Origin: Octopus bimaculoides
Taxonomy: Eukaryota
Assembly: GCF_001194135.2 (NCBI RefSeq)
Contig: NC_068991.1
Coordinates: 9,219,858-9,277,545 of the forward strand
Reading direction: 5' to 3'
Length of the DNA: 57,688 nt
In this document: positions 37,943 to 50,952 of the stretch, piece by piece
Numbering within the stretch: position 1 is the first letter of the stretch
How the letters are laid out: the number at the start of each line of letters is the position of its first letter
Made by a program: the position numbers and the translations under genes
Notes under the pieces: model-generated
Told to the model about the DNA's origin: nothing
The model's input: only the letters and a program-made list of their open reading frames with translations
Databases searched by the model: none

Positions 37943-38686
37943 TCGTCACACCTAGGTCAGCCTCGATTGAGCAGACACATACTCAAAGTCACTCCAGTCG
38001 TGTGTTTTCTTGTTCTTTCACAGATATATAGAACTCCATTGCCTCATATATTCGTTCTTTATTCGTAGCAGTAGGATGCGATTTGACGCATACTCTACTA
38101 CTATTTCTAGTAGGCCAAACGACACTGAAGAGTTTGTTTCGTTAGCTGATTGTAACAGCTGACAACAACTAATTTGCAATTTCGTCTTCATACTTCGGTA
38201 GGAAAAAAATAACGTGTTAATGTATTGTTTTTCCTTTAAAACTATAGGCAATGTGTGTTGGAAATTAAGAGATATCAGTGCCAAGAAAACAAAGATCTAA
38301 TCTTCGCTGAGGTGACAGTGTTAATTACAATACATAATGAATAAATGGATATAACTAAAGCTGTTAAGCAGCTACAGTTAATATATATTCATTTGATTAC
38401 TTTTGTATGTGCGTGACTAAAACTAATGAAAATAAATCATACAAGGAAGGAATCAAACTAAATAATCTAATACAGGTTGTGCAAGGCTTAAATAAAATTT
38501 TAAGTGAAAAGAAGGGAGATGAAAAATGTGCCAAGACTGCATCGAAAGAAACCGAAGGAGTAAACTAAGCATTAACGGAGAACTGGAAATATAATATTGG
38601 TTTTCAATTTTTGGCACAAGGCCAGCAGTTTCTGGATAAGGATAAGTCCTTTACATCGACCTCGACTGCTCAACTGGTTCTTATTT

Positions 38687-38888
38687 TAGGCACATGGCCC
38701 GAAATTTTGNNNNNNNNNNCAGTCGATAAGATCGACCCTAGTACGCAACTGGTACTTAATTTATCGACTTCGAAAGAATGAAAGGCAAAGTCGACCTCGG
38801 CGGAATTTCAACTCAGAACGTAAAGACGGACGAAACGCCGATAAGCATTTTGTTCGGCGTCCTAACGTTTCTGCCAGCTCGCCACCTT
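38687..38888 (-). mobile_element. SINE family A, full length, flanked by two further family A tail fragments (38599-38686, 38907-38988)
   Basis: CTAACGTTTCTGCCAGCTCGCCACC head; GGCAAAGTCGACCTCGGCGGAATTT; TTTTGGCACAAGGCCAGCAG tails on both sides. Confidence 0.88.
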
Positions 38889-38982
38889 AACTAGAAATAT
38901 AATATTTCTTTTCAAATTTTGGCACAAGGCCAGCAGTTTGTGGTGGGGGGGGGAGCCGATTGCATCGACTCCAGTGTTCAAC

Positions 38983-39631
38983 TGGTACACCCTTCCTACG
39001 TGACGAATGGAATAACCTAGTCACTATAAGTAAAGAGAGTATATAGTAGGTGGTCAGAGATAGTTGTGTCTTTACTGGTTTTACTAAGTATACTTAGTTT
39101 AAGGACTATAACAGTGGCGACGAGGATTTAAACGACTTTCGAAGAATTAATAAGCTCGACAAGGATTAACGTGGGGTTAATAGAAACTCGAGAAGGAGTT
39201 AATAAACTCACAAAGTTGGTGTACGAATTTTACAAAAAAAAATGGTTGGATACGGGTAGTGATATCAATATAAACAAAAAAACTTGGAAATACCAAAGCC
39301 ATTGCAGGTGATTGAACCCAGGAGTACAAGTGAGAGGGAAAAACATCTACAGTTCCTGAAAATAGATGCCAAGCGCAAAACATTAAATTGTACTTAAAAA
39401 AACCCTCAAAAATGGGAGGTGGGGTGAACAAAAAAAGTTAATGCTAAATAAAATGATACTAAGAAAAACTTAAAAGGGGAGATATTGTAGGGAATTAGTA
39501 ATAATGGTACACCCCTTCTAAGTGACGTATGGAATAACCTTGTCACTATTAGTAAAGAGAGTACGTAGTATGCGGTCGTGTCTTTACTGGTTTTAGTAAG
39601 TATACTGTATACCGAAGTGGGCGTTATAATA
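38983..39631 (+). mobile_element. Miniature non-coding LTR retroelement (TRIM-like or internally deleted Gypsy)
   Basis: 5' LTR 38983-39113 ends CA; PBS TGGCGACGAGGAT 39115-39127; PPT AAAAGGGGAGA 39472-39482; 3' LTR starts TG at 39486 and runs to about 39631; LTRs about 80% identical by eye. Confidence 0.82.
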
Positions 39632-42055
39632 ATCCAGCATCAAAAGGATATAACAATAATATAAATTATAATATAAAAATCGAGTTTGTAATAGATTATA
39701 TCTTTGATGTCATTTCGTCATATATATCACTCAGTTGTCTGGCAAATAATATAAATGTTGTCCATGTCATAGATGATATTTTCAATTTCGATCCAAAGTT
39801 AAAACGCCACATACGTAGACCGCAGCAGAATATCATTACAAGTATAAACACGCTCGCACACATGCACATTTACGTATATGGGAGCGTGCGCAATATACAA
39901 TACACGCAAACAATTCGAAGCAAAATTAGATCAGATTTTAATTAAACAATCAAATACGATGTTTACTGCTTTTATACATTAAAACTCAAGGTCAAAACAA
40001 ATCTAAGTGACTAACGCAGACAGTGTCTGTCACAGTAATTAACTGCAGTTTTAATGTAATGAGTTGGAAATTAAACTAAATGAGCTGAATAATTTCTATG
40101 GAAATACAAGGAAGATGATGACGACGATATTCAGGATTTAGCACCCAAAACTTGATAACATCAGGAGAAAAATTCCAGACATTCTCGGGTGGAGAGGTTC
40201 GCATTCAAATAGAAACCTATTATGCTGTATAGAATCATTAATTATGGAACTCGGAGAAACATAAAGAGTATATTTTATAAGCTAATCGGGCTAAGAACAA
40301 AGAACTGTTTTCAATAGATAAACCATCAAGTAGATGTAATACTGAGGCTGAACTATAAAGGAATTTAATGCAGAAAAATCTACACTGAAACAAGGAGCAG
40401 AAATGATCTATGAAAGAAATACACAGATGAGAATGCTAAATCAAGATTTTCACAGACCAATACAAAATATATCTGATATCTGAATATGACGGTTAAATCT
40501 GCAGAACAGCTTAAACTGACTCAAATCTGAGGGATATCTCATACACTTAATAAGGTTGGAGAACAGCATTGTTGTCATTTCCAAACCAAGGATGAAATGC
40601 AGTATCATTTAAAATGTAAATGCATATGAACGTTCTGACTTGTATGGTAGTTCGAATACGTCACCTGGCATAACACGACAATCTGGCCCTTGTGTGTCTT
40701 TAGCAGAGTTTATTTTGTTGCAAGCATTCTGATCAAACTGCACTGGATCTCTGTCCACCCATATTTTTCCTGCTGATATCAGATTCGGGGCATCAGCTGC
40801 TTCAGTGTGGAAGAGTTTTTCAAAGGTTACGGGCACTGACCAACTAATTTTCAAATAAAGGTTCTAGACTAACAGCGCAGAAGCTGAGCCTTTTCTTTTT
40901 GCCCTGAATCGGGGTTTACTTACCAGACGCTATATGGAAAATGTAAGAGTTACACAGTAAAATCTTGAGAAAGGAGACATTTAGTCAAATGAGAATACAA
41001 ATACTGTTAATAGATGCCTTTATAAACTGATCGAACTGCAAAGGATGATTGCATATAATAGAAGACCCATATTTCGAAACTCTCTCGTAGATATTTCACT
41101 TATTTATCAAATTCCCTTGGAGAGCAGCTTACATTGACCCTACGCGACGCTCAATTTTGTACAGAGTTAGTACGCATAATTGCTTCCACATTTTGTACAC
41201 TAGTATCAAATCGCTCACCAACTCACTCCAGCCGTTCTCTAATGAACGTGTTATCTCCTCCTCTTTTACAGCGACTTCAGTGGCCTCTGCTCCTCGAATC
41301 TAGATGCTTTCCTGCAATCTTGCAGGTGTTCAAGATCACCAATCACATCAATCTGTTTAGTCTTGAGGGCCTTTGATGCTCATGAGTGCAATCTCTTCCT
41401 CAGGACAAAATTATCATTAAAAAAAAATTGATATTCGTTTGGTCATTGAATTCAGTAAAGATGATCACCGGTTGAGAAATACATTATGCTTTAAAAGATT
41501 TTTAGCAACTGATTGTATTTACGGAGTTAATGTTTTTGTATGCAAACATTACTTGCGTTGCTGAAATTACTTGATAAATTCCAAGAGCCAAAACCAAGCA
41601 CTAAATCTATGATTTCTTTATTTGCCAGTAAACACTTAAAAGGTTTTCAAAAAAAAAAATAAACATTTCGTATTGAGTAAGAAGTTGCATGATAAGATAT
41701 TTCTCGAACAAACAGGATTATGCAGATTTGTTCACTGCCTTATCATATCAGGATTCTATGTTAATCATTTTAGATAATAGCTTGAATTTCCAAACATAAG
41801 GTTATTCCGGAATTAGAGTTTAAAACTGTGTAGTTAAGAAGCTCGCTTTGGAACCTCGCAGTTTCAAGTTCAGTCAAAATCTTTAACAGGTTGTATTAGA
41901 CTATATTGCTTCGATGTATATAAATGCAGAAGGGTCACATCTGGAACGCCTTTCCTGATACTTTTGCTTTTACTTTAACTTTTCCTACGCATACATCATC
42001 CAGATGCAACATACAGTTGCAATATCACATATCAAACTTGAACATACATACACAC

Positions 42056-42103
<48 letters not shown>

Positions 42104-43494
42104 NNNNNNNNNNNNNNNNNNNNNNNNNNNNNNNNNNNNNNNNNNNNNNNNNNNNNNNNNNNNNNNNNNNNNNNNNNNNNNNNNNNNNNNNNNNNNNNNN
42201 NNNNNNNNNNNNNNNNNNNNNNNNNNNNNNNNNNNNNNNNNNNNNNNNNNNNNNNNNNNNNNNNNNNNNNNNNNNNNNNNNNNNNNNNNNNNNNNNNNNN
42301 NNNNNNNNNNNNNNNNNNNNNNNNNNNNNNNNNNNNNNNNNNNNNNNNNNNNNNNNNNNNNNNNNNNNNNNNNNNNNNNNNNNNNNNNNNNNNNNNNNNN
42401 NNNNNNNNNNNNNNNNNNNNNNNNNNNNNNNNNNNNNNNNNNNNNNNACTATGCAAAAGTGTCGTAAGTCCAAAACGTTGCTTTTTTACAGAAAACGAAG
42501 AATTAGTTTCACCATTCCATAGCAAAACCGCTGCACTTCACTTTTGACAAGTTTTGATATCTTGCCATCTGAATCGGCTGGAGGTACGATAGTTTGTCCA
42601 AAAGAACCGGCTATTGCAAGCAAAAATAAATATTGGAAAAAACGCATTTAGTCAAATTTGGACATACGACAGTTTAACAAACTAGCAACGATGTGTATGT
42701 GTGCGTTTGCGTACGTGCGTGCGTGCGTGCGTGTGTGTGGGGGTGAGTGAGTGTGTGTGGTGGGGAGAGAGATAATCAAAATATTTGTTAAACAACTATT
42801 TTCCGAAATGATTTTGGTAATCTAATTTCAGAAATGTTCTTTTAATAGTTTACTTAAATAATGACGATGACGATGACGATGATGATGATGATGATGATGA
42901 TAACAACAACAACAACAACAACAGCAATAATAATGATAATAAGCGTTCCTTTGTTGGAAGACCTAGAAAACATGATCTAACAAAACACTAATAACGAAAC
43001 AAGTGTAGAATATGGTCAGGTATTCTAAGGTATTTCCCGTCTACGCCTAATTATTTTAACTAATCTGCTATATAAACATGAATGTACAGAGAATTTCCTG
43101 TAGCCCAGTAAATGGAAACTTGCTGTATAGATTATTTCAGTTGCCACCCGTTTAGCTACATGCTGGATAAATAAATAGCTTCTGATGTTTTTAAACATTT
43201 TAATTCACATCAGCAGGGTTGTTCCGTTATCTGAACATTGTAAGGAAGTTATACAGCTTTCACATTTTACTATAGTGGATGTCTATACAAGACATTTCCC
43301 TTATATAAGCAACCTTTTCCGACAAACCTATTGTTGATATTATCGCATATAGACGACAGTTCATATCTCTTTAATTTTCTGCTTGTTTGATTTAGGTTCA
43401 TCTGAACACGTCATTGTAATGTCCTCAAGACTATTCTATAGGACGAACTTCAATTAATTAATTGACTTTATTTCGGGTACAAATACTTACATAC

Positions 43495-43690
43495 ATCTTT
43501 TATCTTTTAATTGTTCTGCAGTCATATAGGGGCACCAGCTTGAGGTGTTCAGTCGGACAAATCCTTCCCAGTACTTATATTTTCCAATCTGGTACTTAAG
43601 AATCTGCCGTTTTTTTTTGCCGAAGAGCTAAGCAACGGGGACGAAAACAAACCAATACCGGTAGTCAACTGATGTTGTGGGGACTAACAC
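43495..43690 (-). mobile_element. SINE family B 3' half, diverged
   Basis: CTTTTAATTGTT..CAGTC..GGGCACC..AGTCGGACAAAT..TGGTACTT..GCCGAAGAGCTAAG. Confidence 0.6.
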
Positions 43691-43739
43691 AAATAATACA
43701 TACGCACATGTATATTTGTGTGTGTATTCGTTTATTCTT

Positions 43740-43871
43740 TTGTTTTAGTCATTTGACTGCGACCATACTGGAGCACCGCCTTTAGTCGAACAATTCGACC
43801 CCAGTCCTGGGGTCGATTTGCTCGACTAAAGGCGGTGCTCCAGCATGGCCGCAGTCAAATGACTGAAACAA
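43740..43871. repeat. Palindrome of two family B SINE tails fused head-to-head (65-bp arms, 2-nt spacer)
   Basis: 43740-43804 versus reverse complement of 43807-43871: 60/65 identical. Confidence 0.95.
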
Positions 43872-44264
43872 GTAGAAGAGTAAAGAGAGAGAGAGATATC
43901 ATGACAGGCTTCCACACCGTTTCTGTCGTCTAACAAATTTACTTACAAGACATTGATTGGCTGTAATAGAAGACACTTGATCAGGGTGCCACGAAGTGGG
44001 ACTGAACCCGAAAACACATTGTATGGTCTATACCGATTCACTGCATTGCATGTCAATCGAATATATAATTAGCTTGGTTGTGTAGGGGGTCAAACTGCGC
44101 GACCCTTTCATTCCACACTATTCACCATCACCTGTTATAAATATCGGATATAATAACATATGAAATAGTAATAAATTGCTACTGTTAACCCTTTCCCCAC
44201 AACTTCCTGGCCTTCTGCCTAAGTAGAAAATCAATATTTATATACCTTAACTCTTACACACACT

Positions 44265-44289
44265 CTCTCTCTCTCTTTCTCTCTCTCCT

Positions 44290-44324
<35 letters not shown>

Positions 44325-44482
44325 CTCCCTCTCTCTCCCTATCTCTCTCTCTCTCTCTTTTCTCTCTCTCTCTCTTTTTCTCTCTCTTTCGCTTTCTTTC
44401 TTTTTCCCTCATTCATATACACGCACATAAACATACATGCTGTATGTATGTGTGAATGTAGGTAATTATACGTTATATGTGT

Positions 44483-44520
<38 letters not shown>

Positions 44521-44598
44521 ATATATCTGTGTGTATATATATATGTTGGTGTGTGTATATACATATATATAAGCATATATTTTTATACATATACATAC

Positions 44599-44662
<64 letters not shown>

Positions 44663-44760
44663 AGCATATGCAAACATATACGCGACGTTGTGTGTATGTG
44701 TGTGTATGAATGTATGTATGTATGTATGTATGTATCCATGTATGTATATATATATACATA
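44265..44760. repeat. Compound (CT)n, (TG)n, (AT)n, (TATG)n tracts
   Basis: Direct reading. Confidence 0.95.
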
Positions 44761-45082
44761 TAAGCATATACAAATATAGACAAATGTGTGCCCGTGTGCG
44801 CGTGCGTACGGAGGCAGACGTACGCACTCCCAGACTCCCAGATACATCGCTGGTTAAGAAAAAACCTCTCAGTTGTTCCTTTCCTAACTTTTGAAAACAA
44901 CCACAAATACCACCACCATCATCTTAAGTGCAAAAATTCTCCACCCTAGCATCATTACCACTATACCACCACCAGCAGTAGCGGTACCATTAATACACTC
45001 CTCACCGTGCTCGCTTTCACTTACCGATACCCTTAAATCTTGACTATTATCACATTGCCTTTATTGGTTCACACCCTCCAAT

Positions 45083-45615
45083 GTAAGCACAATATTTTCG
45101 ACCAAATCTGATTCAGTTGGCCACGAACCATCGAAGAGGCTGCTATAAATAGCAGCCAAATCTTTCTGGAAATCGTACCCCACTGCTTCAAAAATATAAT
45201 GTAGGGTAATGGGGTTCTTGGGATGCTCTGTTTGATGAAGGGAAAACGTGATGGCCGTGGAAAAAGAGCCTTGGTCATAGGACTGCTCAGTCAAAATGGC
45301 TTGGGGCTAAATAAGAATATATAACAGCTGACCGGTTGTTTTCTGCCCTACCCCCGTTGTACAAACTATCGTATTTTCTCGTGTAATAATACTATGCGCT
45401 GGTGTTATTGTTTTTTGATTGTCCAGCTCTCTATTTACTCTGATTGTTCTTGCTTGTAATCGAAGGCATTCCTGTCGTGGCCATCCTGTCTTTTTGGGGG
45501 AATATCTAGGACATAATCTTGTGCGTTCTTTCCTTCTTTTAAATTCGGTACGGTCTGGTTCGAGTGAGGTCTTAGCTGCTATTTCGAGTAAAATGAACTA
45601 GCACTTCGAGACGTT
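45083..45615. mobile_element. Two diverged copies of one interspersed repeat in inverted orientation (45083-45313 +, 45430-45615 -)
   Basis: Shared AAATAGCAGCYAA and GATGGCC..GCCTT motifs on opposite strands; low identity. Confidence 0.5.
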
Positions 45616-46329
45616 CCTGATGATGATGATGATAACGATGATGATGATGATGATGACGTAGCTATATTTTCATATTCTCGGCTATTTATATAACAGATGT
45701 TTATATTGTTCTTCCTGCCTCTGGTGTTATTGTTTCTCTTTTATGTTGTTTTGACTGTTATTGTTAACGTTGCAGTTTGTTGATGTTATTGCTGTTGCTG
45801 CTGCTGCTTCTGTTATTGTTGTTGTTTTTTGCTGTTCGTTGTTTTTGTTATTGGTTGTTGTTGTTATTGTTGCGGAAATTGATGTCTCTAGTGTTTCAAA
45901 TTTTCTTGTTGCTTTAGCTCGGATCAGCTCTCAATGAGCAAACTAACTTTATATTGAAAGACATTTCAGAAGTGTTCTCGTCCTTTTTTGTGTATCTGAT
46001 GTCTAGTATGTTTCCCTTTTTCTTTTCTTTTCGTTTTCTTTTCATTAAAATGTCAAGGTGTGATTTTCAAAATAGTTCGCTGCTCTTTCCAGCAGAATGA
46101 GCAACCACACGAAGGTTCCGTCGTTGGTTCATACTTCTTCAGTGTTTCTTTTCTTTTCTGCTGTTCCCATTTTTATTCTACTTTATTTTATTTACATGCT
46201 TGTAATCGCAACAATGGTTTCAAATTTTGGCACAAGCCCAGCAATTTGTGGGGGAGGAGGATAGTTGATTACATCACTCACAGTGCTCAGCTCGTACTTA
46301 TTTCGTAGACAGAAACTGAAAGAAGCCCG

Positions 46330-46369
<40 letters not shown>

Positions 46370-47163
46370 NNNNNNNNNNNNNNNNNNNNNNNNNNNNNNN
46401 NNNNNNNNNNNNNNNNNNNNNNNNNNNNNNNNNNNNNNNNNNNNNNNNNNNNNNNNNNNNNNNNNNNNNNNNNNNNNNNNNNNNNNNNNNNNNNNNNNNN
46501 NNNNNNNNNNNNNNNNNNNNNNNNNNNNNNNNNNNNNNNNNNNNNNNNNNNNNNNNNNNNNNNNNNNNNNNNNNNNNNNNNNNNNNNNNNNNNNNNNNNN
46601 NNNNNNNNNNNNNNNNNNNNNNNNNNNNNNNNNNNNNNNNNNNNNNNNNNNTATGTATCCATGTATGTATCCATGTATGTATTATGTATGTATGTATGTA
46701 TGTATGTATGTGTGTATGTATGTATGTGTGTATGTATGTATGTATGTATGTATGTGTGTATGTATGATGTTTTTTTATACATTTGTATAAGTGAAAAGCA
46801 ATAACTAATCGTAGTTGTTGCTTAAGGCAATGTTGAGGGCTCCGGTCGATGTCGTCGAACTTAGCTACTCCCTGAAATTGCACCAAACCGTGTCAGAAGG
46901 GGAAAAAAAGCACTGTCTCGGCGAATGAACCCAACAGCCGCGGGACTGTTTACACTTTGTGCGTCGCTGGTCCTGTTTTGCTTTTCTATCTGTTAATTTA
47001 TTATTATTATTATTATTATATTATCATTTTCACTAGCGTCTCCTTCCAATTCTGTTTCCATTTCTTGCCGAGTGTCTTCTTGACACTTAGGGCAGAGAAA
47101 CACACTGTATACACTGGCAGGCCATTAAAAAAAATACACCAGATTGTTCATTTACAAAATCAT

Positions 47164-47199
<36 letters not shown>

Positions 47200-47941
47200 C
47201 TTTCTGGATTGATGATTATAATGATGTTCAATGCGACTTTAAATTATTCTTTCCATATTTGCTGCCTACGTTATTGTTGTTGCTACAACTAAAATTCTAA
47301 TACACTCCATTGGTTACCACTTGGAAATGGTATATTTTCTTTTTGAATTAGAAGCAACGTTTAATTTAAGAGCATTGAACTTAACCTAACTTTCCACCCA
47401 CTTTCTCTCTCGTGACGCCTCCGACGCTTTTGTTTATAATNNNNNNNNNNNNNNNNNNNNNNNNNNNNNNNNNNNNNNNNNNNNNNNNNNNNNNNNNNNN
47501 NNNNNNNNNNNNNNNNNNNNNNNNNNNNNNNNNNNNNNNNNNNNNNNNNNNNNNNNNNNNNNNNNNNNNNNNNNNNNNNNNNNNNNNNNNNNNNNNNNNN
47601 NNNNNNNNNNNNNNNNNNNNNNNNNNNNNNNNNNNNNNNNNNNNNNNNNNNNNNNNNNNNNNNNNNNNNNNNNNNNNNNNNNNNNNNNNNNNNNNNNNNN
47701 NNNNNNNNNNNNNNNNNNNNNNNNNNNNNNNNNNNNNNNNNNNNNNNNNNNNNNNNNNNNNNNNNNNNNNNNNNNNNNNNNNNNNNNNNNNNNNNNNNNN
47801 NNNNNNNNNNNNNNNNNNNNNNAATGTATATATGTGAGTATGCACGTATGTGTGTATATGTGTGCGTGTATGTATATATATTTATATATATATATATATA
47901 TAATACATATGTATATATATGTGTGTGTGTGTGTATGTATG

Positions 47942-48050
<109 letters not shown>

Positions 48051-48141
48051 TCATAATATACTTACATATACGATATATGAATATATGTATGTACGTATGT
48101 ATATATACACACACATATATATACCTGCATACATACATACG

Positions 48142-48201
<60 letters not shown>

Positions 48202-50392
48202 TACGTGCGCGTAAATACCTGTGTGCATTTATATTGACATGTATAACGTATGTACAGATCTATATACGTACGTAGTCATGTATAGGTTAATATAAAGGGA
48301 TACATGTATAATATACCAAAACAAACAGGCATATATACGTCATGCGCGCGCGCGCATATGTGTATGTATGTATGTATGTATGTATGTACAGCCGAAAACT
48401 TATTAAAGACGTAAAAATACAACCGGGTTTATTTGGACGTGTCTGTTACCTCTGACTTAGCACGAATTCGTCTTAATTCTATTATCTCTCTATTGTAACA
48501 GGGTGCAATATTTATAACTTTGCTTGTCAATGTTCGCGAAAATAGAGTAGTGCCAAAGATTTCGGGAAGGGGAATGTATGGAAAGAGAGTATGATGCTTT
48601 CTGTGATAGCTCATTACTACTGTGACTGATAGCTATGGCAAGTGTGATGGCGAACATTTTGGTTTCCACCGTGGTGAAATAGATGGGATTCGAGGCCATT
48701 GTGCTTAAGTTGATGGTGATGATGATATATATATATATATATATACATATACATCTGTGCGTGTATGTGTGAGTGTGTATGTGCGTGTATATATACACAC
48801 ACACACACACACACACNNNNNNNNNNNNNNNNNNNNNNNNNNNNNNNNNNNNNNNNNNNNNNNNNNNNNNNNNNNNNNNNNNNNNNNNNNNNNNNNNNNN
48901 NNNNNNNNNNNNNNNNNNNNNNNNNNNNNNNNNNNNNNNNNNNNNNNNNNNNNNNNNNNNNNNNNNNNNNNNNNNNNNNNNNNNNNNNNNNNNNNNNNNN
49001 NNNNNNNNNNNNNNNNNNNNNNNNNNNNNNNNNNNNNNNNNNNNNNNNNNNNNNNNNNNNNNNNNNNNNNNNNNNNNNNNNNNNNNNNNNNNNNNNNNNN
49101 NNNNNNNNNNNNNNNNNNNNNNNNNNNNNNNNNNNNNNNNNNNNNNNNNNNNNNNNNNNNNNNNNNNNNNNNNNNNNNNNNNNNNNNNNNNNNNNNNNNN
49201 NNNNNNNNNNNNNNNNNNNNNNNNNNNNNNNNNNNNNNNNNNNNNNNNNNNNNNNNNNNNNNNNNNNNNNNNNNNNNNNNNNNNNNNNNNNNNNNNNNNN
49301 NNNNNNNNNNNNNNNNNNNNNNNNNNNNNNNNNNNNNNNNNNNNNNNNNNNNNNNNNNNNNNNNNNNNNNNNNNNNNNNNNNNNNNNNNNNNNNNNNNNN
49401 NNNNNNNNNNNNNNNNNNNNNNNNNNNNNNNNNNNNNNNNNNNNNNNNNNNNNNNNNNNNNNNNNNNNNNNNNNNNNNNNNNNNNNNNNNNNNNNNNNNN
49501 NNNNNNNNNNNNNNNNNNNNNNNNNNNNNNNNNNNNNNNNNNNNNNNNNNNNNNNNNNNNNNNNNNNNNNNNNNNNNNNNNNNNNNNNNNNNNNNNNNNN
49601 NNNNNNNNNNNNNNNNNNNNNNNNNNNNNNNNNNNNNNNNNNNNNNNNNNNNNNNNNNNNNNNNNNNNNNNNNNNNNNGTGTAAGTGGGTGTAACTTGAA
49701 TGTGTTGTGTCTGAACGCCTGTGTGTGTACTTATCTTGGCATATGTTTCGGGCGTGTGTGTGTGTGTGTGTGTGGGTGTGTGTGTGTGTGTGTGTGTGTG
49801 TGCATGTGTGTGTGTGCGTGTGTGTGTGTGTGTGTGCATGCAGTTATGTTAATCGGCGTACATGTGTATGGTCTGGGCAATTGTACATGTTGTCTCAGAA
49901 GTATGTTGCAGATATTCCGTACATATTTTCGAGCGTGAGTGTATATGAGTAAAGATAAACGTTAATATGCATATGTGCGTGTGCGTGAGTATGTGTGTAT
50001 GTGTGTGGTTGCACGCGCCTGTGAATGTATATGCAATGCATGTATTGTATGTATGTGTATGTATGTCTCTATGTTTATTTAGTCATGTGTCTTGTTTGTA
50101 CTTTAAAGATACTATATATATATATTATATTAAGATAAGAGAGTAACACCGTTTGTAGGAGAGGTTACAAAGGTATAAGACGAGGGTGAAATAAAATAAA
50201 TTAAAATATAAAACAAGATAAAAATACAACAAAAAGAAGTCGAGTGCAAGAAGTTATGAGGTGTTTTAATTTTCTGTAATAGATTTATGAATGTAAAAGT
50301 GTTAAAGGTTCAGGGATGTAAAAGATTAAGGATATATAAAAGGCTTATAGATATAGAAGTGGGCACAACAGCACATCGGCAGATAGACAGAC

Positions 50393-50394
<2 letters not shown>

Positions 50395-50466
<72 letters not shown>
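50395..50466. repeat. (GATA)n tetranucleotide microsatellite
   Basis: Direct reading. Confidence 0.97.
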
Positions 50467-50467
<1 letters not shown>

Positions 50468-50828
50468 GTTTACGCTACATGTGGCGTGTGACCTGTAGAA
50501 GACTTGTACCCTACCACATTTTATTGTATTTTATCTTATTTTATTTCACCTTTCTCCTTTACCTTCTAAACCCCTCGTACTAATGGCGTTACCCTGTTAT
50601 CTTACTCTGCTCTAACCATGTTGCCAGAGATACACCAACACACACAAACTATATATATATATATATATATATAATTGCCAACCAAGTGTGGCGCCCTATA
50701 CGGGATTGTGCTACTGACGTTTATAGCCCCAGGAAGACATCTCTACCAGCTGGCTAACGACACGCATTCTGTGTCCGATTAGCATTTGCGAGGGGAGGTC
50801 ATCGCTCTCATCCCTAGCCTTACGTGAT

Positions 50829-50874
50829 ACACACGGACTGAGTTTCTGGGTGGTTACCCGTGCTCAGCATGTAT
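50829..50874 (-). ncRNA. Variant or decayed hammerhead-like motif
   Basis: Minus strand: ATACATG (stem I) CTGAGCA C-GGGT-AACC-ACCC-A GAAA C-TCA-G TC | CGTGTGT; G8 is C, 10.1/11.1 mismatched, 3-nt loop III. Confidence 0.4.
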
Positions 50875-50902
50875 TAATCACCAGCTAGTGATGAAAACTT
50901 AC

Positions 50903-50952
50903 TCCACTCGCAAAATACTATATGCTTTTTCCAGCGACGAACCATCGCCGAT
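50903..50952 (-). other. Candidate 50-nt exon with canonical splice sites
   Basis: CATACATTTTTCCAG | ATCGGC...GTGGA | GTAAGT; two open frames (IGDGSSLEKAYSILRV or SAMVRRWKKHIVFCEW); neither peptide recognised. Confidence 0.35.

Noticed and set aside
40110-41010. Alternative genetic code (TGA=Trp) insert, e.g. a NUMT or Mollicutes DNA
   Set aside because: TAA and TAG stops also interrupt the frame, and the peptide is not like mitochondrial proteins.
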